This document shows, piece by piece, positions 45,982 through 56,305 of a stretch of 64,000 nt of DNA (position 1 is its first letter; every line of letters starts with the position of its first letter). The stretch is taken from positions 2,172 to 66,171 of the forward strand of contig JALTKX010000088.1 of assembly GCA_027006055.1 (NCBI GenBank), written 5' to 3'. The translations under genes were made by a program, and so were the position numbers. The notes beneath the pieces were generated by a model. It did not search any database, was not told where the DNA came from, and saw only the letters and a program-made list of their open reading frames with translations. Origin of the DNA: Calditrichia bacterium (GTDB lineage: Bacteria > Calditrichota > Calditrichia > Calditrichales > J004).

Positions 45982-47810
45982 TGCTCCTCGAAATAGGAGG
46001 AAATTTCTTCCACCAGTTCATGGGTTTGCAGGGGTAAGCCGCGCACCCGGTCAAATCCCCTGGCATCCACCAGATATTCCGCCCGTATAATTTTCACCAG
46101 TTGTCCGGCGTTTATTTCCGGTACCAGCACATGTTTAAAGTTGTGAATCAGCTTTCCCAGCATTTCCGGCAAGGGGTTTATCCAACGCAGATGTATCCAG
46201 GATAGCTGCCGGCCCTGCTTTCTGGCCTCTTCCACGGCACTGAAAACCGTACCGTAGGTACTGCCCCAGCTGATAATTAAAAGGACGCCCCGCTCTTCCC
46301 CGCTGAAGTCCGGTGGCGGTATGAAACCGGCAACCTTTTCCACCTTTTTCCGCCTCAGGCGCACCATATTATGATGGTTTTCGGGATCATAGGAGACATT
46401 GCCCGTAAGGTCTTCCTTCTCCAGGCCGCCCAACCGGTGTTCCAGCCCTTCCGTTCCGGGAACGGCCATGGTACGGGCCAGGGTTTTCGGATCGCGCTTA
46501 TAGGGCAGGTACTCTTCCCCGGCCAAGGCCAGGGGTTCCTTAATTTCCGGAATGTCGGCCACATCGGGTATCAGCCACGGCTCCGCGCCATTAGCCAGAT
46601 AGCCGTCCGTAAGCAAAAAAACCGGCGTGGCGAATTTTATGGCCATATGGGCCGCTTCCATAGCGGTTTGAAAACAGTCGGCCGGACTTTTGGCGGCAAC
46701 GATGGGCAGGGGCGCTTCGCCATTGCGGCCGTAAAAGGCCTGGAACAGGTCGGCCTGCTCCGTTTTGGTCGGCAATCCCGTGGAAGGGCCTCCACGCTGT
46801 ACATTAATCACCACCAGTGGGATTTCCGTCATCACCGCATAGCCGATGAATTCCGACTTTAAGGCAATGCCCGGCCCGCTGGAAGCGGTAACGCCCAGGG
46901 CGCCGCTGTATGAGGCGCCAATGGCCGAACCCACGCCGGCGATCTCATCCTCCGCCTGAAAGGTTTTAACGTCATAATGGCGGTATTTGGCCAGAATATG
47001 CAATATATCCGATGCCGGAGTGATGGGATAGCCCCCCAGAAAAAGAGGACGCCCCGACTTTTCGGCGGCCACGATCAATCCCAGACTCACCGCCTCATTA
47101 CCGGTGATTTTACGGTATGTTCCCGGGGCCGTTTTGGCCTTTTCCACCGTATAGGTGGTTGTAAAAACTTCCGTGGCCAATGCGTAGCTATAGCCCGCGT
47201 TCAGGGCCTTTTTATTGGCTTCAATCAGTTCCGGCTTTCCGGCAAACTTTTCTTCGATCCATTTCAGGGTCACCTCCAGCGGCCGGCTGAACATCCAGTA
47301 TGTGATGCCCAGGGCAAAAAAGTTCTTGGAGCGATCCTTATCCCTGGAGCTCATGGCCACATCTACCAGGGCTTCCCTGGTCAGGCGGGTAATCGGCACG
47401 GAAAAAAGCTGAAAGCCCTCCAGGCTGCCATCCTCTAAAGGATTCTGCTCGTATCCGGCCAATTTAAGGTTCCGTATGGAAAAGGCGTCCGCATTGGCGA
47501 TTATGATGCCGTTGTCCCTAAGATGTTGCAAATTAACCTTTAACGCGGCGGGGTTCATGGCCACCAGCACATCCACCTGATCACCGGGTGTGTGTATTTC
47601 ATGACTGCTGAATTGCAGTTGAAATCCCGATACGCCAAAAAGCGTTCCGGCGGGCGCGCGTATCTCCGCGGGATAATCCGGCAGGGTGGAAAGATCGTTG
47701 CCCACCATGGCCGTGGTATTGGTAAACTGGGTTCCCGTAAGCTGCATACCGTCGCCGGAATCTCCGGCAAAACGGATCGTTACCTGATCAAGATGTGTTG
47801 ATTGGCTCAT
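45978..47810 (-). CDS. korA: 2-oxoacid:ferredoxin oxidoreductase, alpha subunit (fused gamma-alpha type)
   Basis: N-terminal gamma-like domain (IRFAGDSGDGMQ) followed by the pyruvate-flavodoxin oxidoreductase alpha core (GYPITPASDI). Confidence 0.9.
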   Translation of the reverse strand: MSQSTHLDQVTIRFAGDSGDGMQLTGTQFTNTTAMVGNDLSTLPDYPAEIRAPAGTLFGVSGFQLQFSSHEIHTPGDQVDVLVAMNPAALKVNLQHLRDNGIIIANADAFSIRNLKLAGYEQNPLEDGSLEGFQLFSVPITRLTREALVDVAMSSRDKDRSKNFFALGITYWMFSRPLEVTLKWIEEKFAGKPELIEANKKALNAGYSYALATEVFTTTYTVEKAKTAPGTYRKITGNEAVSLGLIVAAEKSGRPLFLGGYPITPASDILHILAKYRHYDVKTFQAEDEIAGVGSAIGASYSGALGVTASSGPGIALKSEFIGYAVMTEIPLVVINVQRGGPSTGLPTKTEQADLFQAFYGRNGEAPLPIVAAKSPADCFQTAMEAAHMAIKFATPVFLLTDGYLANGAEPWLIPDVADIPEIKEPLALAGEEYLPYKRDPKTLARTMAVPGTEGLEHRLGGLEKEDLTGNVSYDPENHHNMVRLRRKKVEKVAGFIPPPDFSGEERGVLLIISWGSTYGTVFSAVEEARKQGRQLSWIHLRWINPLPEMLGKLIHNFKHVLVPEINAGQLVKIIRAEYLVDARGFDRVRGLPLQTHELVEEISSYFEEQ

Positions 47811-47863
47811 TAATTCTTCATTTCCGTTAAAATTAAAAATGTCCGTTATTTTGGGCGGGCGAC

Positions 47864-49309
47864 CTATGAGGTGAGTTTTTCCCGCAATAAGGCGCTAACC
47901 TTTTGAGGATCAGCCTTCCCCTGCGAGGCGCGCATTACATTGCCCATAAAAAAGCCCAGCAGTTTTGTTTTACCGTTCCTGTAACTTTCGGCCTCTTTGG
48001 GATTTTCGGCAATTATGCGGTCGATAATTTTCTCCAGGGCTCCCTGATCCGAAATTTGCCTTAAACCCAGTTTTTCAATCAATTGTGCCACGGGCGCGTC
48101 TTCTTCAACCAAAGCTTCAAAAACCGTTTTTGCCGCGCTTTGGCTTATCGCGCCCTTTTCCACGGCTAAAATCAATTCACCCAGTCGCGCCGGGGTAATG
48201 CTCAGCGCGCCCGCCGGCAGGTTGCGCTCCTTGCTTAAACGTAAAATTTCGCCCATTACCCAATTACTGGTTTTTTTAGGATTCCCGCTTACAGCCAGGG
48301 TCTGCTCAAAATAATCGGCCACATCGCGCGAGGCGGTCAATATTTCGGCATCATAGGCGGGCAGGCCCAGTTCATCCATAAAGCGTTGCCTGCGTTTGTC
48401 CGGCAATTCGGGCAATTCTTTCCGGGCCTCTTCCAACCACTTTTCGTCTATATAAACTTCCACCAGGTCGGGATCGGGGAAGTACCGGTAGTCGTGCGCG
48501 TCTTCCTTACCGCGCATGGCCCGTGCTTCATTTTTATCCGGGTCCCACAAAAGCGTTTGCTGAATGATTTCCCCGCCATCATCCAAAATCTCCGCCTGAC
48601 GCTTTATCTCGTAGTTAATGGCCTTTTCCACATTTTTTATGGAATTCATATTCTTGAGCTCGGTTTTGGTGCCCAGTTTTTTTTCACCAAAGGGTCTCAG
48701 GCTCACATTGGCATCACAACGCAAACTACCCTCTTCCATATTCCCGTCGCAAATGCCCAGATATCGCACCAACTGCCGCATTTTACTCACATAAGCCGCC
48801 GCGTCGGCCGCGCCGCGCAGATCAGGCTCGGATACAATCTCTATAAGAGGAACGCCGCAGCGGTTGAGATCCACCAACGTTTCATTCTTACTAACAAAAG
48901 CCTCGTCATGAATGGACTTACCCGCGTCTTCCTCCATGTGTATGCGGGTAATGCCTATTTTCTTTACCCCTCCTTCCGAGGGAATTTCAAGGAAACCATG
49001 CTCGCATATGGGGAGCTCGAATTGCGATATCTGATACCCCTTGGGCAGGTCGGCGTAAAAATAGTTTTTACGGGCAAAAATATTGCGCCGGTTAATGTGC
49101 GATTGCGTGGCCAACCCCATTTTAAGAGCATTATGCACCACCTGTTTGTTCAGCACCGGCAATGTTCCGGGCATGCCCAGACAAACGGGACACACCTGCG
49201 TATTCGGTTGGGCGCCGAAAGCAGTGGAACATCCGCAGAATATTTTTGTGCGCGTTGATAATTGCGCGTGTATTTCCAGACCGATGACAACTTCGTATTT
49301 CATATTCAA
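47864..49309 (-). CDS. gatB: Asp-tRNA(Asn)/Glu-tRNA(Gln) amidotransferase subunit B
   Basis: YEVVIGLEIHAQL, KIFCGC, CPVCLGMPG, and a C-terminal GatB/YqeY domain. Confidence 0.95.
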   Translation of the reverse strand: MNMKYEVVIGLEIHAQLSTRTKIFCGCSTAFGAQPNTQVCPVCLGMPGTLPVLNKQVVHNALKMGLATQSHINRRNIFARKNYFYADLPKGYQISQFELPICEHGFLEIPSEGGVKKIGITRIHMEEDAGKSIHDEAFVSKNETLVDLNRCGVPLIEIVSEPDLRGAADAAAYVSKMRQLVRYLGICDGNMEEGSLRCDANVSLRPFGEKKLGTKTELKNMNSIKNVEKAINYEIKRQAEILDDGGEIIQQTLLWDPDKNEARAMRGKEDAHDYRYFPDPDLVEVYIDEKWLEEARKELPELPDKRRQRFMDELGLPAYDAEILTASRDVADYFEQTLAVSGNPKKTSNWVMGEILRLSKERNLPAGALSITPARLGELILAVEKGAISQSAAKTVFEALVEEDAPVAQLIEKLGLRQISDQGALEKIIDRIIAENPKEAESYRNGKTKLLGFFMGNVMRASQGKADPQKVSALLREKLTS

Positions 49310-50733
49310 ATCAATTTGAGGTTATGGATAAATTGGGCGCAGTTAAACAGAACCTGTTCGTTAAAGGAAGGCGCTTGCGCCTGTATGCCGAAAGGCAGCC
49401 CGCGTTCATCTTTTCCCGCCGGAATACTTATGGCCGACAACCCGGCCAGGTTGGCGGAAACGGTGTAGATATCCTGCAAATACATGGATAGCGGATCATC
49501 CGTTTTTTCACCGAGCTTAAAGGCCGTGGTCGGCGTTGTGGGCGAAAGGATAAGATCACATTGGCCAAAGGCGGCGTCAAAACTTTCCTTAAGCAGACGG
49601 CGCACTTTCATGGCTTTGTTATAATAGGCGTCATAATAGCCGGCGGAAAGCACATAGGTGCCCAGCATAATGCGGCGTTTTACTTCTTCCCCAAAGCCCT
49701 CGCTGCGGGTACGGGCATACATATCCCCCAAATCCCGGGCCTCATCGGCGCGCAGGCCATAGCGCACACCGTCAAAGCGGGAGAGATTGGAAGAGGCCTC
49801 GGCTGTGGCGATAATGTAATAGATGGCGATGGCATATTCCGTCATGGGCAGGGAAACGGGAACCGTTGTCGCGCCCGCCTTTTCCATTTCGTTTATTAGC
49901 GCGCGCACGGATTTTTCTATATGCGGATCAAGTCCTTTTTGAAAATATTCCCCGGGAATCCCGATGCGCATCCCCTTCATGTCCGGGGTGATCGCCTCGC
50001 TATAGGAAGGAACCTCTACCCGGGCGGATGTGGAGTCCCTGGGGTCGTGGCCGGATATGACCTCCAAAACCCGGGCGGTTATCGCCGGCGTTGAGGCAAA
50101 AACGCCAATCTGATCCAGGGAGGAGCCAAAGGCGACCAGGCCATAACGCGACACACGGCCGTAACCGGGCTTGATGCCATAGGTGCCCGTAAACGAAGCC
50201 GGTTGACGTATGCTGCCGCCGGTATCGCTGCCCAGGGCGGCATCCGCCAACCCCGCGGCCACGGCCACGGCGGAACCGCCGCTGCTGCCACCGGGAACAT
50301 ACTGATTGTTGTGGGGATTTTTTACCGGGCCAAAGGCGGAGTTCTCGTTGGAAGAACCCATGGCAAATTCATCCATATTGGTTTTGCCCAGAATTACGGC
50401 GTCTTCCGCCATAAGCCGCTCCACAACAGTGGCCGTATAGGGCGAATCAAAACGGTTGAGTATTTTACTGCCGCAGGTGGTGGGCGTATCCTTTATAACG
50501 ATATTGTCCTTAACCGCCAATACCAGGCCGGCCAGTCGTCCCGTTGCTTCGCCCGCTCTTATTTTGCGGTCCACGTGGCGGGCCTGTTCAAGGGCCTTTT
50601 CCTCGAAAAGCGTGATAAAACAATTTAAATCCTTTTGTCGCCGCGCCTCATCCAAAAAGAGGCGTACGCGTTCCTCCACGGTGGTTGAGCCGTTGGCTAC
50701 CTCCGCCTGCATCGAAATAGAAGAGTCCGACAA
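49306..50733 (-). CDS. gatA: Asp-tRNA(Asn)/Glu-tRNA(Gln) amidotransferase subunit A
   Basis: Amidase signature GGSSGGSAVAVAAGLADAALGSDTGGSIRQPA. Confidence 0.95.
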   Translation of the reverse strand: MSDSSISMQAEVANGSTTVEERVRLFLDEARRQKDLNCFITLFEEKALEQARHVDRKIRAGEATGRLAGLVLAVKDNIVIKDTPTTCGSKILNRFDSPYTATVVERLMAEDAVILGKTNMDEFAMGSSNENSAFGPVKNPHNNQYVPGGSSGGSAVAVAAGLADAALGSDTGGSIRQPASFTGTYGIKPGYGRVSRYGLVAFGSSLDQIGVFASTPAITARVLEVISGHDPRDSTSARVEVPSYSEAITPDMKGMRIGIPGEYFQKGLDPHIEKSVRALINEMEKAGATTVPVSLPMTEYAIAIYYIIATAEASSNLSRFDGVRYGLRADEARDLGDMYARTRSEGFGEEVKRRIMLGTYVLSAGYYDAYYNKAMKVRRLLKESFDAAFGQCDLILSPTTPTTAFKLGEKTDDPLSMYLQDIYTVSANLAGLSAISIPAGKDERGLPFGIQAQAPSFNEQVLFNCAQFIHNLKLI

Positions 50734-50738
50734 CTATT

Positions 50739-50972
50739 TTATTCTCCCTTGCTCGAATCCTTGGTTTCGGTTTTGGACGAGGCCTTCTTCTCCGGCGTCT
50801 CTTTCAGGGAACCGCTGACATCCAACTCTTCCTGAATTTCCTGCGAGGCTCTTTTGAACTCATTGATTCCCCGTCCCAGCCCGCGGGCCAGTTCCGGTAA
50901 TTTTTTTGAGCCAAACACCAACAGGATGATGAAGAGAATTACAATTAATTCCGTCGTTCCTATACCAAACAT
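50739..50972 (-). CDS. tatA: twin-arginine translocase subunit TatA/E
   Basis: [40 protein letters not shown]. Confidence 0.9.
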   Translation of the reverse strand: MFGIGTTELIVILFIILLVFGSKKLPELARGLGRGINEFKRASQEIQEELDVSGSLKETPEKKASSKTETKDSSKGE

Positions 50973-50988
50973 GGCAGACCTTTCTGTG

Positions 50989-51756
50989 TTAGTCTGTTTT
51001 AACCTTTTTCTTTTTATCCCTTTTCCGCGTATTCAGATGAAAAAGCGATACCACCATGCCACTGATGATATAGGTCAACATCATGGGAAAAAGCACGGCA
51101 TAAGGGAAAAATACCAATAAAACTGCGACAATGATAAGCAGGCTGATAATCATTTTTTGCCGGGCGCCTCCCCTAAAGGAGAGCGGGGGCATCACTTCGT
51201 AACGCACGTTGCTCACCATCAAAAGGGAAACCAGCAGCGTTACGGCAAACAAACCGCGCGGAAACACCTCTCCGTTAAAAAAGAAATGCATAAACATGAT
51301 ATAGCCGACCAGGGTAAAAGCCGCGGCCGGTATGGGCAGCCCCTTAAAGTGACTTTTACTGAATCCGGTAAGCTGCACATTAAAGCGCGCCAGGCGTATG
51401 CTGCCGAACAGCAGGGGAAAAAAGCTGATTAAAAACCCGATATCGGCCACCTGCTTAAAATAGAATTCGTATATCAGAATGGATGGCGCCGCGCCAAAGG
51501 AGACCACGTCGGCCAGGGAGTCATACTCCACTCCGAACTTACTGGCGGAATTGGTGATCCGCGCCACCTTGCCGTCAACCGCATCCAGAAAACCGGCCAG
51601 AACAATCATCCAGGAAGCAAAGATAACATCGCCTTTGTCCACGGCAAAGACAATGGCTAAAAAGCCCCCCAGCATGTTGCCCACGGTAAAAAAATTGGGT
51701 ACGATTGACCGCGATATTCTGATCACTTGAACTCTCCGATAACGCTTGCTCCGCAA
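50989..51756 (-). CDS. pssA: CDP-diacylglycerol--serine O-phosphatidyltransferase
   Basis: CDP-alcohol phosphotransferase motif DAVDGKVAR...[13 protein letters not shown]. Polytopic. The start is uncertain (34-nt overlap with psd). Confidence 0.85.
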   Translation of the reverse strand: MRSKRYRRVQVIRISRSIVPNFFTVGNMLGGFLAIVFAVDKGDVIFASWMIVLAGFLDAVDGKVARITNSASKFGVEYDSLADVVSFGAAPSILIYEFYFKQVADIGFLISFFPLLFGSIRLARFNVQLTGFSKSHFKGLPIPAAAFTLVGYIMFMHFFFNGEVFPRGLFAVTLLVSLLMVSNVRYEVMPPLSFRGGARQKMIISLLIIVAVLLVFFPYAVLFPMMLTYIISGMVVSLFHLNTRKRDKKKKVKTD

Positions 51757-52367
51757 CGAACGCGTTGTTTTAGTTTAACTTTTACAGTCACGTCCAGCGG
51801 AAAAAACATGTCGATGCGGGAGCCATAACGGATTAAGCCCATGCGCTCCCCCGGCCGTACCTTATCGCCCACATTGGTGTAATAGATGATGCGCCGGGCA
51901 ATCAGTCCCGCAATCTGCTTAAATAGCACGCGACCGTGGGCCGAACGCACGCCGATAACGGACTGCTCATTGTGGTCGGACGCATCATCGGCAAAGGCGG
52001 CCAAAAACTTGCCCGGCCTGTAGTCCACATAGTCCACCTCGCCGGCAACGGGCATGCGGTTAACATGAACGTCAAAAACGGACAGGAAGATGGAAACCTT
52101 GCGCACCTTTTCCTTAAAATAGAGCGGTTCGTCCACCTCTTCTATTTTTACCACATGGCCATCCGCCGGAGAGATGATAAGCTTATCACCCTCGGGAACG
52201 GGACGCACCGGATCACGAAAAAAGTAAAAGTGAAAGAGCGTCAGAGCCAGAAAAACCCAGGTAAGTATTTCCAGAACAAGCGAACCGGAGAAATAAGCAC
52301 CCGCGGCCAGGGCTAACACTATTATCAAAGTACCGCCTATTATCGGGTATCCTTCTTTGGCAATCAT
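51723..52367 (-). CDS. psd: phosphatidylserine decarboxylase proenzyme (short Asd-type)
   Basis: N-terminal TM helices, FLSVFDVHVNRMP, and the YGSRID self-cleavage region. Adjacent to pssA. Confidence 0.85.
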   Translation of the reverse strand: MIAKEGYPIIGGTLIIVLALAAGAYFSGSLVLEILTWVFLALTLFHFYFFRDPVRPVPEGDKLIISPADGHVVKIEEVDEPLYFKEKVRKVSIFLSVFDVHVNRMPVAGEVDYVDYRPGKFLAAFADDASDHNEQSVIGVRSAHGRVLFKQIAGLIARRIIYYTNVGDKVRPGERMGLIRYGSRIDMFFPLDVTVKVKLKQRVRCGASVIGEFK

Positions 52368-52414
52368 ATCAATCCTTCTTTAAATACATGGCAGATGATA
52401 ACCGCAAAATGGTA

Positions 52415-53710
52415 TCAGAGCAAGCCTAATCGCTTAAAAATGTGGTCTATATTCTTCAACTTGGCATCCAGGCCGCAGAGGCTTTCTATCTCCTCCGGGG
52501 AGATATGCTCAAGAATCCCGGAATCTTTTTTTACGGTTTCGGTAAAATCCGTTTTTTCTTCCCATACCTTCATGGCATTGCGTTGCACCAGCCGGTAGGC
52601 CTCTTCCCGCTTTACTCCCTTTTGGGTCAGGGCCAGAAGCAGCGCCTGGGAATTATACAAGCCATGGGTAATCTCCAGGTTGCGCATCATATTTTCCGGT
52701 ATCACACGCAGGTTTTCCAGAAGTGAAATGGCTTTGACCAACATATAATAAAGCAACATGGTGCTGTCCGGCAATATGACCCTTTCCACGGAGGAATGGG
52801 AGATGTCCCTTTCATGCCACAGGGCAATATTTTCATAGGCAGCATGGGCATTGGAGCGCAACAGGCGGGCCATTCCCGTCAGGCGTTCGCTGATGATGGG
52901 ATTTTTTTTGTGGGGCATGGCCGAGGAGCCCTTTTGCCCCTTTGTAAAGCCCTCTTCCGCTTCCAGCACTTCCGTGCGCTGCAAATGGCGCACTTCCACG
53001 GCGATCTTTTCCAGTGTGCCGCCGATAAGAGCAATGGCGGACATATACTGGGCATGACGGTCCCGCTGCAGCACCTGTGTGGAAATACGGGCGCTTTTCA
53101 GGCCCAGCTTTTCGCAGGTCATCTCCTGCACGCGCGGATCGATATGGGCAAATGTCCCCACCGCGCCGGAAACCTGTCCCACACGCACGGTCTCTATGGC
53201 CGCTTCCCATCGTTCTGTCTGTCGCTGCAATTCATCATACCAGACGGCCAGCTTAAAGCCAAAGGTCACCGGCTCGGCATGTATGCCGTGGGAGCGTCCC
53301 ATCATCACCGTGTCCTTAAACTCAAGGGCCCGGCGCCCCACTATCTCCGTCAGGGCGCGCAGCTTTGTCATAATCAGCCGTCCCGCTTCAACCATCTGCA
53401 GGGCCAGCGCGGTATCCAGCACATCCGAGGAGGTCATGCCATAGTGAATATAGCGGGAGGAAGGCCCCACATATTCGGCCACATTGGTTAAAAAGGCAAT
53501 AACATCGTGCTTGACCTCTTCTTCTATTTCCAAAATGCGTTCCGTTTTAAAACGGGCCTTTTCTTTTATCTCCCTTAAGGCCCCGGCCGGAATAACGCCT
53601 AATTTTTGGTTGGCCTCGCAGGCGGCTATTTCTATATCCAGCCATTTTTGAAAACGGTTCTCATCCGACCAGATATGGGCAATTTCCGGCAGGGCGTAAC
53701 GCTCAATCAT
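52415..53710 (-). CDS. purB: adenylosuccinate lyase
   Basis: MIERYALPEI..., fumarate-lyase signature GSSAMPHKKNP. Confidence 0.95.
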   Translation of the reverse strand: MIERYALPEIAHIWSDENRFQKWLDIEIAACEANQKLGVIPAGALREIKEKARFKTERILEIEEEVKHDVIAFLTNVAEYVGPSSRYIHYGMTSSDVLDTALALQMVEAGRLIMTKLRALTEIVGRRALEFKDTVMMGRSHGIHAEPVTFGFKLAVWYDELQRQTERWEAAIETVRVGQVSGAVGTFAHIDPRVQEMTCEKLGLKSARISTQVLQRDRHAQYMSAIALIGGTLEKIAVEVRHLQRTEVLEAEEGFTKGQKGSSAMPHKKNPIISERLTGMARLLRSNAHAAYENIALWHERDISHSSVERVILPDSTMLLYYMLVKAISLLENLRVIPENMMRNLEITHGLYNSQALLLALTQKGVKREEAYRLVQRNAMKVWEEKTDFTETVKKDSGILEHISPEEIESLCGLDAKLKNIDHIFKRLGLL

Positions 53711-54875
53711 GTCTTTTCTCCAAAATAATATCTATGCCAATATAGCGATTTTCACGCCATACCTTTATGGGCAGGCGATCGCCCACACTCAGATAAGCCG
53801 AGCCCATGGCCTTGTTCACGCTATCCTCGTCATAAACCGTTATCCCGTTTATTTCCACAATGATATCTCCCAATTCCACCCCGGCCTTGTCCGCCGGACT
53901 GAAACGGGTAATACGCCCCACATAGATGCCCCGGTTGTTTTTATAACCCATTTGCCGGGCCAGATAAGGCGTTAGGGGTAAATAAGAAAAACCGATCCAG
54001 TAATCGCGGTCAATGGTGTTCTTTTTTAAACCCTCCACGATCTCTTTTATGCGATTGATGGGAATGGCAAAGCCGATACCCACCGAGCCCGAGGCATAGC
54101 GGTCTCCCGTATAGATAAAGGTGTTCATGCCGATGACCTCGCCCATGGCATTGCATAGGGGGCCGCCGCTGTTACCTTTATTAATGGCCGCGTCGGTCTG
54201 TATCATCCCCTGGTAGATGCGGCCTTCATCCACACGGCCGAAGTTACGGTTCAGGGCGCTGATCACGCCAACGGTTACCGTCGGTTCCGTCCGTTCAAAA
54301 AGACCGAAGGGATTGCCCAGGGCAATGGCCCATTCACCGATAAGGATATCGTCGGAATTCCCGAGGGCAATCGGAGTGAAGGGGCCGCCATCCACCTTAA
54401 GCAGGGCAATATCGGATATGGGGTCGCTGCCCACCAGGCGGGCCTGGTATTCCTTGCCATTGGGAAAGCTGACGGTAATTTCCGTGCCCTTCCCCGCCAC
54501 ATGGTCGTTGGTGACCACATAGCCATCGCGGGAGATCACAAAACCGGAGCCGATGGACTTGGCCTTTTCCCGATAGCGGCGATCACGGAATATTTCCGGG
54601 AAAAACCGTTGAAAAAAAGGATCGCCGATCACCGGCGCATGTTGGATGCGCTCCTGAATTTTTATGACATTGATGGACACAACCCCCGGGCTTACATGGG
54701 CCACGGCCCGGGTTATGGCGTTTTGGCGCGACTGGGAAAGGGTTTCCGCCGTTCCTCCGGCGGACGACGCCTGGGCAAGGGCGGGATGAGGGCCGCCCTC
54801 TTCCCTGTCCTGGGCGCATCCCGGAAAAACCAGTAGCCAGGCGCTTATACACGCAACAAGTAAAACGCGATACAT
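53703..54875 (-). CDS. HtrA/DegP-family serine protease with one PDZ domain (lipoprotein signal)
   Basis: Lipobox VFPGC. Catalytic TNDHV, DIALLK, GNSGGPL. C-terminal PDZ. Confidence 0.85.
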   Translation of the reverse strand: MYRVLLVACISAWLLVFPGCAQDREEGGPHPALAQASSAGGTAETLSQSRQNAITRAVAHVSPGVVSINVIKIQERIQHAPVIGDPFFQRFFPEIFRDRRYREKAKSIGSGFVISRDGYVVTNDHVAGKGTEITVSFPNGKEYQARLVGSDPISDIALLKVDGGPFTPIALGNSDDILIGEWAIALGNPFGLFERTEPTVTVGVISALNRNFGRVDEGRIYQGMIQTDAAINKGNSGGPLCNAMGEVIGMNTFIYTGDRYASGSVGIGFAIPINRIKEIVEGLKKNTIDRDYWIGFSYLPLTPYLARQMGYKNNRGIYVGRITRFSPADKAGVELGDIIVEINGITVYDEDSVNKAMGSAYLSVGDRLPIKVWRENRYIGIDIILEKRHD

Positions 54876-54878
54876 GCC

Positions 54879-55532
54879 TTACTTTGATTCTCCGTATACT
54901 TTTTTATAGTCTGCCATAAACGCCTCAATTCCGCGATCGGTCAGGGGATGTTTAAGCATCTTTTCGATAACGTTAAAGGGAATGGTGGCAATGTCCGCGC
55001 CCATCATGGCACTTTCCACCACATGCATGGGATGGCGTATGCTGGCCACGATAATTTCGGTCTCAATGGCATAATTATCAAATATCTGTACGATCTGACC
55101 AATCAGGTCCATGCCATTGCTGGAGATATCATCGATACGGCCCACAAAGGGACTGATAAAACTGGCCCCGGCACGGGCGGCAAACAGGGCCTGCATCGGG
55201 TTGAAGATCAGCGTTACATTTGTGGAGATACCCTCGGAGGAAAATACCTTTACCGCCTTCAGGCCTTCCTGGGTCATGGGGATTTTAACCACAATATTTT
55301 TGTGCAGCCTGGCCAGTTCGCGGCCTTCCTTTATCATCCCCTCGGCCTCAAGGGAGATAACCTCGGCATTTACCGGTCCGTCAACAATCTCGCAGATTTG
55401 TTTATAAATATCGATGGGGTCCCCTTTTTCGCGGGCAATAAGCGTGGGGTTTGTGGTAACGCCATCCAGCACACCGATGCTGGCGGCTTCCTTGATCTGC
55501 TCTATATTGGCTGTGTCGATAAAAAATTTCAT
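54879..55532 (-). CDS. fsa: fructose-6-phosphate aldolase / type 3B transaldolase
   Basis: [16 protein letters not shown]...GVTTNPTL, active-site VKIP, 217 aa. Confidence 0.9.
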   Translation of the reverse strand: MKFFIDTANIEQIKEAASIGVLDGVTTNPTLIAREKGDPIDIYKQICEIVDGPVNAEVISLEAEGMIKEGRELARLHKNIVVKIPMTQEGLKAVKVFSSEGISTNVTLIFNPMQALFAARAGASFISPFVGRIDDISSNGMDLIGQIVQIFDNYAIETEIIVASIRHPMHVVESAMMGADIATIPFNVIEKMLKHPLTDRGIEAFMADYKKVYGESK

Positions 55533-56275
55533 TGTTTCTCCTGTGTAAGGTTATATGTTATTTTTTCCAGGGTCAGTCCCCGGGCCGGCGCCAGGGCCGG
55601 GAGACGCCGCACATCCCGCGCCTCGATTAGCGCAACAAATTCGCGCCAGTTTATTTTACCGCGTCCCAGTTCCACCATGGCGCCGACCAGGCCGCGAACC
55701 ATACCATAAAGAAAGCGATTTGCGCTAACCGTATAGTTTAAGAAATCCTCATGCTCGCGCCAAACGCTTTTTTTTATGTAAGAATCATACGTTGTATTGC
55801 TGCTATGCAATTTACAAAACGTTGTAAAATCCGTAATATCCGTAAAATACTCCGCCGCTTTTTGCATAAGGGTTTTATTTAAGGGATACGGGAAAGCCCA
55901 GCTAAAATTACGCATGATGGCCGTTGGTTTTAGCGCAATCCTGTAACAATAGGTTCTTTCCACGGCGTCAAAGCGGGCATGGAACTGCGGAGGAACCTCC
56001 CGGATGTCCTTAATGGCGATATCCGGGTTCAGGATACCGTTCAGGGCTTTGTTAAGTCGGTGTAAATCGGGAAAATCAACATCGCAATGCGCAACCTGAT
56101 TCCGGGCATGTACCCCGGCGTCCGTGCGGCCGGCGGTAACAATAGGGACGGGCGCCTTGAGAATAATCTCCAGCGCCCGTTCAATTTCTCCCTGAATCGT
56201 TGTTTGCCCTTTTTGCCTCTGCCAGCCGGAATAGGCCGTGCCGTCGTACTCTATCGTCAGTTTTAGTCGCATCAC
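55529..56275 (-). CDS. truA: tRNA pseudouridine(38-40) synthase
   Basis: [16 protein letters not shown] and GRTDAGVHA catalytic Asp motif. Confidence 0.95.
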   Translation of the reverse strand: MMRLKLTIEYDGTAYSGWQRQKGQTTIQGEIERALEIILKAPVPIVTAGRTDAGVHARNQVAHCDVDFPDLHRLNKALNGILNPDIAIKDIREVPPQFHARFDAVERTYCYRIALKPTAIMRNFSWAFPYPLNKTLMQKAAEYFTDITDFTTFCKLHSSNTTYDSYIKKSVWREHEDFLNYTVSANRFLYGMVRGLVGAMVELGRGKINWREFVALIEARDVRRLPALAPARGLTLEKITYNLTQEKQ

Positions 56276-56305
56276 TTTCCGTTACTTTCAGGACAGGGCA
56301 ACCCC